Below, piece after piece: positions 29,654-39,300 of a DNA stretch of 64,000 bases. The stretch covers positions 3,488,001 through 3,552,000 of the forward strand of contig OZ253580.1 of assembly GCA_965263035.1 (NCBI GenBank), given 5' to 3'. Both the position numbers and the translations under genes were made by a program. Position 1 is the stretch's first letter, and each line of letters starts with the position of its first letter. The notes beneath the pieces are model-generated. The model was not told where the DNA came from, did not search any database, and saw only the letters and a list, made by a program, of their open reading frames with translations. Source of the stretch: Acidobacteriota bacterium (GTDB taxonomy: Bacteria > Acidobacteriota > UBA6911 > RPQK01 > JAJDTT01).

Positions 29654-30661
29654 ATGTTGAAGAATCCGCGATTGTTTTTCTCCGTTTTTTTGCTGGCTAT
29701 GGCGGTGGCCGCCGTCCCAGCCTACCCGTCCTCACTTCAGGAAAAGAAGCAGTCTGAAGAAGACGACGAACGCCTGGACAAGCCGCTGGACAAGCCGCTG
29801 GACGAGACCCTGGACGAGCCCCGCACGGTGGGCAAGCCCAGGTCTCGCGCGGAGTACAGGGCGTGGCAGGAGATCGCAGAGACTGATGATCTTCGCAAGC
29901 AAGCCGGGCTGGCCGAGAAATTCCTGAAGAAATTTCCCGACAGCGGACTGACAGCTTGGGCCCACCGTGCTCTGGCCAACGCCGCTTTTGACCGGAATGA
30001 CATCGATCGCTTCATTCGGCACGGGGAAGAGGCTCTGCTCGAACTTCCCGATACACCCGAGCTGCTGGCGCCGCTGGCGAATATCTACTCCGAAAGCAAG
30101 AGGATCGACCGGGCGGCCGATTACGCCGCCCGGGGACTCCAACTGTTGGATCAGATGGAGAAACCGATGGGCCAGGACACGGCCGACTGGGTTGCCATGA
30201 AGCAGGGACTGGCGGCGGATGCGCATTATGCTCTGGGCCGATCCATCCTGGAAAAGTGGACCAAGTCTCCGAACAAACCGGTCAAGGACCTCGAGGAAGC
30301 GGTGGAACATCTGAAGCAGACTCTGAAGCTGAATCCCGGACACGGTTATGCCGCGTTCCGTCTCGGATTTGCCGCGTCCCGGACCCACGACTACGATACG
30401 GCCCTGTTGGCCTATGCGCGCGCGTCGGTAGTGGAAGGACCGGCGGCGGAATCGGCCAAGGGGCATGTGAGGAGGCTCCACGACGGTCTGCGAAACGTTC
30501 CCAATTCCCGGTGGGCCTCGACCAACGCCAGCAATATCATCAGGGACGAGAGAGAGCGGCTCGCGGCAGAGATGGACGCGAAGGAGCAGGAGTACTCGCG
30601 CCTGGCCGCGGAGTACGACAGCGCCGCGCCTGATATAACCGCCCCGCCGTCTCTGGAGTGA
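29654..30661 (+). CDS. Secreted TPR-like repeat protein
   Basis: Signal peptide and helical repeats (ADAHYALG, YAAFRLG, FLKKFPDS). Confidence 0.8.
   Translation: MLKNPRLFFSVFLLAMAVAAVPAYPSSLQEKKQSEEDDERLDKPLDKPLDETLDEPRTVGKPRSRAEYRAWQEIAETDDLRKQAGLAEKFLKKFPDSGLTAWAHRALANAAFDRNDIDRFIRHGEEALLELPDTPELLAPLANIYSESKRIDRAADYAARGLQLLDQMEKPMGQDTADWVAMKQGLAADAHYALGRSILEKWTKSPNKPVKDLEEAVEHLKQTLKLNPGHGYAAFRLGFAASRTHDYDTALLAYARASVVEGPAAESAKGHVRRLHDGLRNVPNSRWASTNASNIIRDERERLAAEMDAKEQEYSRLAAEYDSAAPDITAPPSLE
29774..29821 (+). repeat. In-frame 12-bp tandem repeat x4
   Basis: CTGGACAAGCCG x2, CTGGACGAGACC and CTGGACGAGCCC, encoding LDKP LDKP LDET LDEP. Confidence 0.85.
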
Positions 30662-30803
30662 TCCGCCGCAAGCAGTTTTCTTCCCCAGCGGACAGATGTG
30701 GGGAATGACGGGTTCGCGGTGCCCCATTCGTCACCTGAGGTCGCCGCGGCTCGTCTTTTGGGTCGAGGCCCGGCTCTTGATTTTTCCCTGAGGACCGATC
30801 GAC

Positions 30804-31544
30804 ATGAAACTGACGGAAGACGTCTATCTGGTGGGCGGCGGCGACACCGGTTTCAACATCTCCAATCGGATGGACTGCCACGTGTTCGTGATTCGGGGGG
30901 AGCACGAACTGGCTCTGGTGGACGCCGGGTTCGACGGGCCCGGGAAGATCCTGAGCAACATCGAGAACGATGGCCTGGACCCGGGAAAGATCGGGCGCAT
31001 CTTCGTCACCCATTATCATGCCGACCATGTGGGGGCCCTGGCCCAGTTGAAGCGCGAATTGGGCGCTACCGTCATCGCCGGAAAGGAAGCGGCGCCGACG
31101 ATCCGAAACGGAGACGCGGAACAGACCGGTCTGGCCTGGGCCCAAGAGTTCGGCTTTTATCCGCCGGAGTTCCGCTGGGAGGCTTGTGAAGTCGAGGAGG
31201 AAATGGCGGACGGGGACAGGTTCGAGGCTGGAGGTCTGGAACTCACCTCCATCGCCACGCCGGGTCACTGCAGCGGCCACTATTCCCTCCTCTTGAAGGG
31301 CCGGGACCGGACCTATCTGCTGGCCGGGGATCAAGTGTTCTGGGGCGGTGCGGTGGTCCTCCAGAACGTCCGTGATTCGAGCATTCAGGACTGTGCGGCC
31401 TCCATGCAGAAGCTGCTGAACTACGAGTTCGACGCTCTGCTCCCGTCGCATCTGGCTTTTTCTCTGGAGCGCGGCAAGCGCCACGTCGAGGCAGGAGCCA
31501 AGGCGTTCGAACAGACCGGCCTCCCCCGGAACCTCTTCGGTTGA
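30804..31544 (+). CDS. MBL-fold metallo-hydrolase
   Basis: LVDAG, THYHADH, TPGHCSGH, AGD and PSH metal ligands. Confidence 0.92.
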   Translation: MKLTEDVYLVGGGDTGFNISNRMDCHVFVIRGEHELALVDAGFDGPGKILSNIENDGLDPGKIGRIFVTHYHADHVGALAQLKRELGATVIAGKEAAPTIRNGDAEQTGLAWAQEFGFYPPEFRWEACEVEEEMADGDRFEAGGLELTSIATPGHCSGHYSLLLKGRDRTYLLAGDQVFWGGAVVLQNVRDSSIQDCAASMQKLLNYEFDALLPSHLAFSLERGKRHVEAGAKAFEQTGLPRNLFG

Positions 31545-31584
31545 TTCGAGTAGACTTGTGCCGTTTTACCGGATGCCGGTTCTG

Positions 31585-32148
31585 ATGAAAGGCAGGAAAG
31601 GTTTGGCGAGACTGCCGGTCTGGGGCCTCCCCATGCTGGTGCTGGCCGCGTCGGCTACCTCCGGAGGCGCAGGACAGGATTCGTCCTCCAAGGGATTCTT
31701 TCTGGAAGTCCCCTATGTCCGCCAGGCGGACAACTACTGCGGTCCCGCCGTGCTCGCCATGCTCCTGCGCTACTGGAATCATCCGGCCGATCACCGTGAA
31801 CTGGCGGGACGTTTCCAGCCCTTTCCGAAAAAGGGCCTGAGCGGTCTCGAACTGAAGGAGCTGGCGGCCGCGGAGGGGTTCCAGGCCTACTCCTTTGCCG
31901 GCGACACTCCCGAAATGCTTGAGCACCTGCGGCAGGGACGGCCTCTGATCACCGTGATCGACCCTTCCGTCCTGACGGCCAACAATCACTACGTGGTGCT
32001 GGTGGGATGGGACGAATCCCGCCGGGAATGGATCGTCCACGACCCGGTGAAGGGACCCTATCAACGGCGGCCGGCGGGAGAGATGGCGCGGCAGCGTTCG
32101 CGGCTGGAAAACTGGACACTTCTGGTCATTCCCGAAACTCCTTCCTGA
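31585..32148 (+). CDS. Stand-alone secreted C39-like cysteine peptidase
   Basis: VPYVRQ..YCGPAVLAM (Gln, Cys), NHYVVLVG (His) and VHDP (Asp). Signal-like N-terminus; start could be 31558, 31573 or 31585. Confidence 0.85.
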   Translation: MKGRKGLARLPVWGLPMLVLAASATSGGAGQDSSSKGFFLEVPYVRQADNYCGPAVLAMLLRYWNHPADHRELAGRFQPFPKKGLSGLELKELAAAEGFQAYSFAGDTPEMLEHLRQGRPLITVIDPSVLTANNHYVVLVGWDESRREWIVHDPVKGPYQRRPAGEMARQRSRLENWTLLVIPETPS

Positions 32149-32197
32149 GGCGGTTCCGGCAACAACCGCAATCGCGACTGACTACAATGTCCGGCGT

Positions 32198-33958
32198 ATG
32201 CTTGGGCTCCACGCCGCATGTCTCCGGCTCCTTGTTTCGAGTCGGCTCGCCTTGCAGGGTGAAGCGCTCCAGCCGTCGCCGATTCGCTCCTGCGTCTCCG
32301 TAGCCCTGTTGCTGAGCCTGGTTCTCGCTCCGGCCGGCTTGGCCTCCGGCACGGGAGAGCTTTTGTCCCGCGGCCGAACGGAACTGGAGGCGGAGCGATA
32401 CCAGGCGGCCGAGTCGCTCTTTCGGCAGGTTCTGGCGCAGGAGGCGTCCAACAGCGAGGCCTCGTTTCTGCTCGGTCTGGCCCTGGCCAAGCAGGAGCGT
32501 TGGGCCGATGCTGAAAGGGAGCTGGAGCGCGCCGTCCTCCTGAGGCCCGGCTACGCGGCGGCCCATGCGGAACTGGCCGGCGTCTATTTCAAGCAGGACC
32601 GAAGGGACCAGGCCCGAGCCAGTCTGCGAACCGCCCTGAAGCTGGATCCTCAGAACAGCTATGCCCGGAGCTTCCTGGCCATCCTCTCCTATCTCCAGGA
32701 CAGGCGGTTGGAGGCCCTTCACCACTGGAACCTGTTGGGCGAGCCGAAAATCGCTCAGATCGAGGTCGCGGCTTCCGAAGACTCAGAGCCGAAACTGGCG
32801 GAATCCCTTTTCCGATTCAACGAAGGCGAGGTTCTGGACAGGAAACAGCTCCTGCAGGCGTATTGGGTCCAGAGCAGGTTCAATCTGGGGCCCCGGTTTG
32901 GATGGCAGCTCGACCCGCAGCCGGGGGGACGTTGGAATCTGCGGGTCGACCTTCCTCCAAGCAGGGATTCTTTCTCCAACAAGACCGGGTTTCTGATCGA
33001 GAATTCCTCCCGAGCCGTCTTCAATCGGGAGATCGGTCTCGGGTTACGGGACGGCCGAGGGCGGCGATTGGCGGGAGGGGTTCGGTGGGACGCTCCCCGG
33101 AAGCGGGCCGGGGCGTCCGCGTGGTTCCCCTTCCTGTCTTCGTCCTCCGACCTGTTGCGTCTGGGTTTCGATTTCCGGGACGAGGAATGGAGGCATACCG
33201 CATCGGGCACCGAATATGACTACCGGACGGAAAAGGTCTTCGGCGCCTACGAATGGTTGATGCCCGAACGCAGGTCCCTCGCCTTTCACAGTGGATACCA
33301 GCGCCAGTCTTTTCGATTCGACGGGGACGACGCCGCTCTTCCACAGAGTTCTCACCTCCTGGCCGTGGGACTGGAATGGAATCAACTGTGGGGTCTCGAT
33401 GCTGGGGAAAACGCGCGGTTGAGTTGGATGGCCCGGTTCGACGCCTTTTCGCCTCTCGCCGGAGCCGGAGAACCCGCCCACAGGATGACGTCGGGTCTGG
33501 GAATCGATTGGACGGTGGCCAGGAAAACGGAGACCCGGCTGAGATTGTCGCTTCAGGGTGGAAGCTCGGGCCGGAACCTGCCGCTGGATCACTATTTTCT
33601 GTTCGGGATCGGTCCCGATGCCCGGCTGCCCCTCAAGGCCCATCCCGAATTGCGGGACGGCCGGAGAGGGAACAGTCCCATGGGGCGTGACTTCGTCCTC
33701 TTGGGCGCGGATCTGGGGCGCAGGCTCTGGAGATGGAGGTTCCTCGAAGTGGGGGGATTCGTCTTCAGCGATACGGCGTTTGTCTCGGGCAGGCCGTTTC
33801 TGTCAGGAGAGGGGGAGTGGTTTCAGGACGTTGGAGTGGGGTTGCGTTTCAAGGTGTTGGGTCAGGAGTTCCTGAATGTTTTCCTGGGGCTGGATACTCG
33901 AAGGCGGGCGTTTCATCATTGGGCCGGGCTTCCCAGCGTTGGAGCGGCGGCTTTCTAG
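32198..33958 (+). CDS. TPR protein with probable C-terminal outer-membrane beta-barrel
   Basis: About 4 N-terminal TPRs, then alternating aromatic/hydrophobic strands (WFQDVGVGLRF, VFSDTA). Start uncertain. Confidence 0.72.
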   Translation: MLGLHAACLRLLVSSRLALQGEALQPSPIRSCVSVALLLSLVLAPAGLASGTGELLSRGRTELEAERYQAAESLFRQVLAQEASNSEASFLLGLALAKQERWADAERELERAVLLRPGYAAAHAELAGVYFKQDRRDQARASLRTALKLDPQNSYARSFLAILSYLQDRRLEALHHWNLLGEPKIAQIEVAASEDSEPKLAESLFRFNEGEVLDRKQLLQAYWVQSRFNLGPRFGWQLDPQPGGRWNLRVDLPPSRDSFSNKTGFLIENSSRAVFNREIGLGLRDGRGRRLAGGVRWDAPRKRAGASAWFPFLSSSSDLLRLGFDFRDEEWRHTASGTEYDYRTEKVFGAYEWLMPERRSLAFHSGYQRQSFRFDGDDAALPQSSHLLAVGLEWNQLWGLDAGENARLSWMARFDAFSPLAGAGEPAHRMTSGLGIDWTVARKTETRLRLSLQGGSSGRNLPLDHYFLFGIGPDARLPLKAHPELRDGRRGNSPMGRDFVLLGADLGRRLWRWRFLEVGGFVFSDTAFVSGRPFLSGEGEWFQDVGVGLRFKVLGQEFLNVFLGLDTRRRAFHHWAGLPSVGAAAF

Positions 33959-34042
33959 CCGCCGATTCTTGGGGACGCGGGTACAAGAGGGGAACAGAAA
34001 TGTCCCCCCGCCTAATGGGGGACAAGGATGTCCCCCCTCCTA
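33941..34042. repeat. REP-like cluster with three GGAG-hairpin units between convergent genes
   Basis: GGAG-CGGCGGC-TTTCTA-GCCGCCG (33941-33964, +), GGCG-GGGGGAC-ATTTCT-GTTCCCC (34012-33989, -) and GGAG-GGGGGAC-ATCCTT-GTCCCCC (34040-34017, -). Confidence 0.78.
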
Positions 34043-35680
34043 ACTGCCCTGGACCTGGAAGTTGTCCTGGACCCGGGTCCTGACGTCTTTGACCTGGTCC
34101 CAGACCTCGACTTCGAGCCGGTATTTCCCGGGTTCCAGACTGCGCAGGTTCAACCTCTTGAGCAGGACCATTCTCCGGTCGGAGAAGAACTGGATCGATT
34201 CTCCTCGGCTGTCCGTGGCTTCCCCGATGACTTCGCCGTCGCGTGAAATTCGGTAGGCCACCTGCATCTGGGGAGTATTGGAGGACTGGTCCATGCCGAA
34301 GTTGTAGAGGTGCAGGTAGACACCCAGCGGGAGCTTCTTGGAAAAGCTCTTGTCGATGCTGGGCCGGATCTTGACGTCTCCCAGGACGAACATCTGGTCC
34401 TGGGCCGGCGCCTCGGGAAGCTCCTGCATGTGGTTGGAAAGCAGCAGCGAGCTGCTGCTCAGCTTCTCCCTTTCCCGCATGCTGGGCGGTGGAATGATGC
34501 CGTGTTTGACGGCGCCGATGTTGTTGCTGGACAGGTCCTTCATGATCAGGTCGAGCTTGTAGCGGGTCCCGCTGTCCAGAAGCAGGACCTTCTGGTAGGT
34601 GGCACGCCCCTCCAAACCCCTCATCAGCCGTTCGGGTCCGAACGACACCACCAGATCCTGATCGAATTCTTCGATGAACTTGTTGCTGAGGCTGGTGACG
34701 ACGCCGTAGAGTCCGACCCGGGCCGAGTGCACCTCGCCGTCGACCTCGAACGACAGGAATTTGTTTCGAATCTCGACGGTGACGGGAACCAGAACCTGCC
34801 CGTCGTTGAGCTTGAAGTAGTCGCTCCGAACCCGGAAGGGAAGGCTGGAATAGCCGACCTCCACCTTGACCAACTCCTTGAGGTCCTTGTACTTGATCTT
34901 CGTGGGGACCATGACCTGGGAGAAGATCTCGTAACGCCGGAAGGGGTTGTTGTTGTGGAGGCGGTTTTCGTAGGCGGTGCTCCTGCCGCCGATCAGGGAG
35001 GGACGATTCTGCTTGTCGCTGAGGCCCATCTGCTCCGACATGGTCAGGCCCATGCCATCGAATTGGAGCAGAGCGTCCTTTTCGTCGGGAAACAGGACCA
35101 GCTTGTACGAACTCGTGTAGGTCCGGTCCACGAACTCCAGAACGATGTCGTCCCCGACACCGTCGAGGTGCCGGTAGCGCCACACCTCCAAGGGATGCAC
35201 GATCGTATGTCCGCCGCCCTCGGAAAAGGGGCGATTGTAGTGGCCTCCAGTCACATAGCTCTCAATTTCATGAGGAGGCCCGTGGAGGATGTAGATCATG
35301 CCCCGATCCGTCTTCCAGCCGGGCTTGCCGGAGTAGAATCGCTCATTCACGTAGGCGATGCGCCGATAATGTTCTTCCTTGAATTCGTTGATGGCCGTCC
35401 TCAGGTTCGGGTCCCTCCGGCGCCAGAACTGTTCGATGAACAACTCCTTTTCGTCCGGGGTGGTCAGGTTCTTGAAAACGGATTCCTCCTCGTCGCTGAT
35501 GATGTAGGTAACGTCCTCGTTCAGCCACCGCTTGAAGTAATCCTCCGCTTCCTCCCGTTGAACGGCGGAAGTGTCTCTATTCTTCTCATTCTCTTTTGCC
35601 AGGGCCTGGCCAGGGGAGGAGAGCGACGCGATGATCAGGAGGAGGAGCGGCAGCAACGGAGGGTGTTGTCGCATTTTCAT
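34040..35680 (-). CDS. GWxTD domain-containing protein
   Basis: WLNEDVTYII, FIEQFWRRRDP, EEHYRRIAY and PGWKTDRGMIYILHGPP. Signal peptide present. Confidence 0.93.
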   Translation of the reverse strand: MKMRQHPPLLPLLLLIIASLSSPGQALAKENEKNRDTSAVQREEAEDYFKRWLNEDVTYIISDEEESVFKNLTTPDEKELFIEQFWRRRDPNLRTAINEFKEEHYRRIAYVNERFYSGKPGWKTDRGMIYILHGPPHEIESYVTGGHYNRPFSEGGGHTIVHPLEVWRYRHLDGVGDDIVLEFVDRTYTSSYKLVLFPDEKDALLQFDGMGLTMSEQMGLSDKQNRPSLIGGRSTAYENRLHNNNPFRRYEIFSQVMVPTKIKYKDLKELVKVEVGYSSLPFRVRSDYFKLNDGQVLVPVTVEIRNKFLSFEVDGEVHSARVGLYGVVTSLSNKFIEEFDQDLVVSFGPERLMRGLEGRATYQKVLLLDSGTRYKLDLIMKDLSSNNIGAVKHGIIPPPSMREREKLSSSSLLLSNHMQELPEAPAQDQMFVLGDVKIRPSIDKSFSKKLPLGVYLHLYNFGMDQSSNTPQMQVAYRISRDGEVIGEATDSRGESIQFFSDRRMVLLKRLNLRSLEPGKYRLEVEVWDQVKDVRTRVQDNFQVQGS

Positions 35681-35854
35681 AGTCGCGACGGGTTGAAGCC
35701 TGACCGGGTTCGAGATCCGAAGTGAACGCCTATCGGTACGAACGCCGTATCACGCGACTATAACAGACATCGGGCTGGCCGCGGCGTGCGCGGCCAGCCC
35801 GATAGTGAGTTTTCCGAGCGGAAAGCAAAGGGTGCGTCTACCTGCGGCGAAGCG

Positions 35855-36271
35855 TCAGGGCTCTCCCCGATCGTACGTGTGAACCAGAACGATCGCGACG
35901 AAGACGATGAGGCCCGTGATGACCACCCAGCTCATGAAGGACAGGCCGAGAAGGCCGGCCTGGAACTGCTCGTTCATCTGCTCGCTTTCCCGGGCCAGCC
36001 GGGCCAGCGCCTCGTCGTCCAGCGTGGGTACCGCGACCGCGATCTGCTCCAGGTCGAACAGGTGTCCCAGACGATCCTGCACCGCCTGCTGACGGAGCAG
36101 GGTCTGAACTTCACGAATATTGTCGGCTCGTGCGGCCGTCCGTTCCGAGATCTGGCCCCGCAGCTCCTCGATCGATACCAGGTGAACCGCCTTTTGAGCC
36201 GGAATGGGACCGGCCTGCAGGCTCGTCGAGAAGACCAGGAGGACCGTAAGGAACAAAGAGATGGCTTTCAT
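35855..36271 (-). CDS. PA2779-like protein (signal peptide, helical body, C-terminal hydrophobic segment)
   Basis: SLQA signal cleavage site, AVPTLDDEALARLA motif, then QAG followed by a ~24-residue hydrophobic stretch. Confidence 0.72.
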   Translation of the reverse strand: MKAISLFLTVLLVFSTSLQAGPIPAQKAVHLVSIEELRGQISERTAARADNIREVQTLLRQQAVQDRLGHLFDLEQIAVAVPTLDDEALARLARESEQMNEQFQAGLLGLSFMSWVVITGLIVFVAIVLVHTYDRGEP

Positions 36272-36351
36272 TGTTTATGACCTTTGCATCTGAATGGTGA
36301 CAACGCTGTTTCCATGGAACCGTCCACGGCGCAACCCGTCGGCGCCGATCC

Positions 36352-39300
36352 TCAGAAGTTGATCTTCCAGTAGAGCTGGATGATTCGCGGATCCAAGGTG
36401 TTGCCGATTTTTCCGAAGCCCTGGGGACTGTCCACATTGGAGCCCGCTGAACGCCAGTTGACCCGGTTGAAGGCGTTGAACATCTCCGCCGCGAAGCGGA
36501 AACTCACACCTTCGCTGATCTGGAAATCCTTCATGAGCGAAATGTCTTCCTGCATGAATCCGCAGTTCTGCGCACTGGGATGGACACGGAAGTTCCCCAA
36601 CGTGAAATTGCCCGCCGGACTGAATGCCGCAGGATTGAAGATACGATCCCGTCCCGTTTGGTTGGGGTCGAAGTCGCCGCAACTGACGCCGGTCGTGGGC
36701 TTGACACCGTGATTCCAAACCGCCCACGCGGGACCCATATAGGGCAGGAACTGGCCCGTACCGACGGTCAGGGGATTGCCGGCGTGGTAGACGATGTGAC
36801 CGGCGACTCTCCAGCCGCCGACCAGCAGGTTGGCCAATCGGCCGGCGCCGCCGCCGAAGGTCTTGCCTCGTCCGAAGGGCAGTTCCCACGAAAAGCTCGC
36901 CTTGGTCGCCCAGGAGCGGTTGAAGGGGACTATCGTCTTGGAGGAACTCCAGGTATCCCAATGCTGCAGGGAGGACCCGGCTCGCGGCGCGAAGCTGCCC
37001 CTCTCCGCGACGTCCCCCGAGGTCAGCGATTTGGCAATGGTGTGCGACAGCATGAAGTTCAACCCGGTGGAGAACCGCTTCTGCAGCACCAGGATGGCCG
37101 AGTGGTAGAGGTTGTAACCCGAGTGCGAGTTCAACTGGGCCACCCAGTTGTACTGAGGAAAGCGCCGCAGGGATTGTCCCACGGTCCCGGTGAATCCCGG
37201 ATAGGGCCGGGTGTAGCCGGCGTCTCTGGCGGCCTGGGAATCGATATCCTGCAGCAGGAGGTTCCCGAGACCGAGATAGCTCAGGGGCAGTTGGTTGTAA
37301 CGGGCGATCTGGGTGCCGACGACTCCGTGGCCCAACAGTCCGATGTACTCGGCAGTGAACACCATATCCCAGGGGAGTTCCCGCTCGATGGCCAGACCCA
37401 ACCTCTGGGCGGTCCCCTGCTGGGTCTCGTTGACGTCCACGAAACCGACCGAGGAGCCGTTGATCAGGGACGGGTTCAGGAAAGGAAGGTTGGTGGGCAG
37501 AATGTTGATGCCCTGATCCCAATTGAGGGCCGGCGTCAGACCGAAGTCCGGAGTGTTTTTGGTCACCGAGGCACCGAAACCCTGATTGGGCATGCCGGCG
37601 CCATTGCCCATTTCCCCGTTCAGGGGGAAGTACATCAGCCCGTAATAGCCTCGCGCCACGGTCTTGTCGTTCAATTGATAGGCGAGACCCAGCCGCGGCC
37701 CGAAACTCCTGAAGCCGACGTTGAAGGCCCGGACCCGGCCGTTGCGTCCCTCTCCCTCTCCGTAGAAGGTGAGAGCGCCCGGGAGCCCGCCCGCCTCCGG
37801 ATTGGGAGTGCGGGTGTCCATGAGGCCCCAGCGCCGGTAGGTCTCGTGGAAGGGTATGGGGATCTCCCACCGGAGGCCGTAGTTGACGGTCAGCCGCGGC
37901 GTCGCCCGCCAGGAGTCCTGAGCGTAGAAGGCCCAGCTGTAGCTGGTGACCTTCCTGGCGCTGGCGGTCTCCTGGAGGACTTCGTCCACGTCGCCCATGA
38001 GGAATGAGGCGAACCCGTCACCCGTCTCCGAAAAACCGGGCAGGCCGCTGGTGCGGTTGCGGAAGGTCCAGGTGCCCGCCGTGTGGTTTTCCACGAGGAA
38101 TTTCCCAGCCCAGATGCTGAGCTGGGCGCCGACCTTCACGTTGTGGTTCCCGTTGGTCCAGGACAGATCCATGAAGACGGGAACCGTCGACTGGAAGTGT
38201 GAGGCCGTATCGGTGTTGTCACCGAAGCCGCCTCCGACTGCGCTCTGGATCCTCAGTCTGGGAATCGCGGTGGTCAACGCACCCTGGACGCAACCACCCG
38301 GACAATGGTCCGAGGCGGGCGGCAATTTCCCCTCTCCATAGGTGATCCGGTTGATCCCGAGCCGGGTGCTGAAGAGGAGACTCGGCGACACCGTCCAGAG
38401 GTGATTGAGCCGAACCCGGACGCCGCGGCTCTCGACCGCGACGCTGTTGAGCCGGTTGGCCGGCGACAGGAAGCTCAGCTTCATATTGGGAGTGTCTTCA
38501 TAGCCGATCGTGAACTTGTGGTCTTCATGCTCGATGTCGGTCTTGAGATAGACCTTGTCGATGTCGAAGATGTCCGAACCCTCACCCTCATAGTTGTTGG
38601 TCAGTCCGCCGCCGGGTCTGTTCGGTCCCGGATACGCGGTCATGAGGTGCTTGGCGACGCCGCCGATGCGGCTGGCGGGAATCGTGTTGTTGGGAAAGGG
38701 ATCCCGCAGGAAGCCTCCCTGCCCATCCGACCGGGTGGTGAGGGGATCATAGACCATGCCGGCCCGGACGTCCCGGCCCAGGGCGTCTGTCCCGAGGGAC
38801 CCACCGAGGATCTCGGTGAAATTCCCACTTCGCATGAGCTCGGTCTGGACGGTTCCGATCCTTCCGCTTGGTTGCGTGGACCACTCATAACCAGTGTAGT
38901 TCATCATGAAGAAGGCTTTGTCCTTGACGATGGGACCCCCCAGAATGAACCCCCACTCGTTCTGGATCTGGTCGCCCTTCGAAGAGGCGGTCCATCGGCG
39001 CGCATCCAGGATGTCGTTGCGGTGAAACAAGAAACCACTCCCGTGGAATTCGTTGGTTCCCGACTTGGTGATCATCTCGACGGACACCCCGGAGTTGAAA
39101 CCCTTCTCGGCGTCCTGATTGGTCTCGATGCGAAACTCTTCGATCAACTCGGGCGCCGGTCCGGTTTCGTCGCGCAGTCCCTGATGCCAGTTGATGCTGC
39201 TCTGATGGCCGTCGGTGTTGTATCCGATGGGGTTCCGTTGAGGTCCGTTGTCGCCCACGCCGTGGATCGTCCCCTTGTTCCCATCCCAGGTGGGCTTGAA

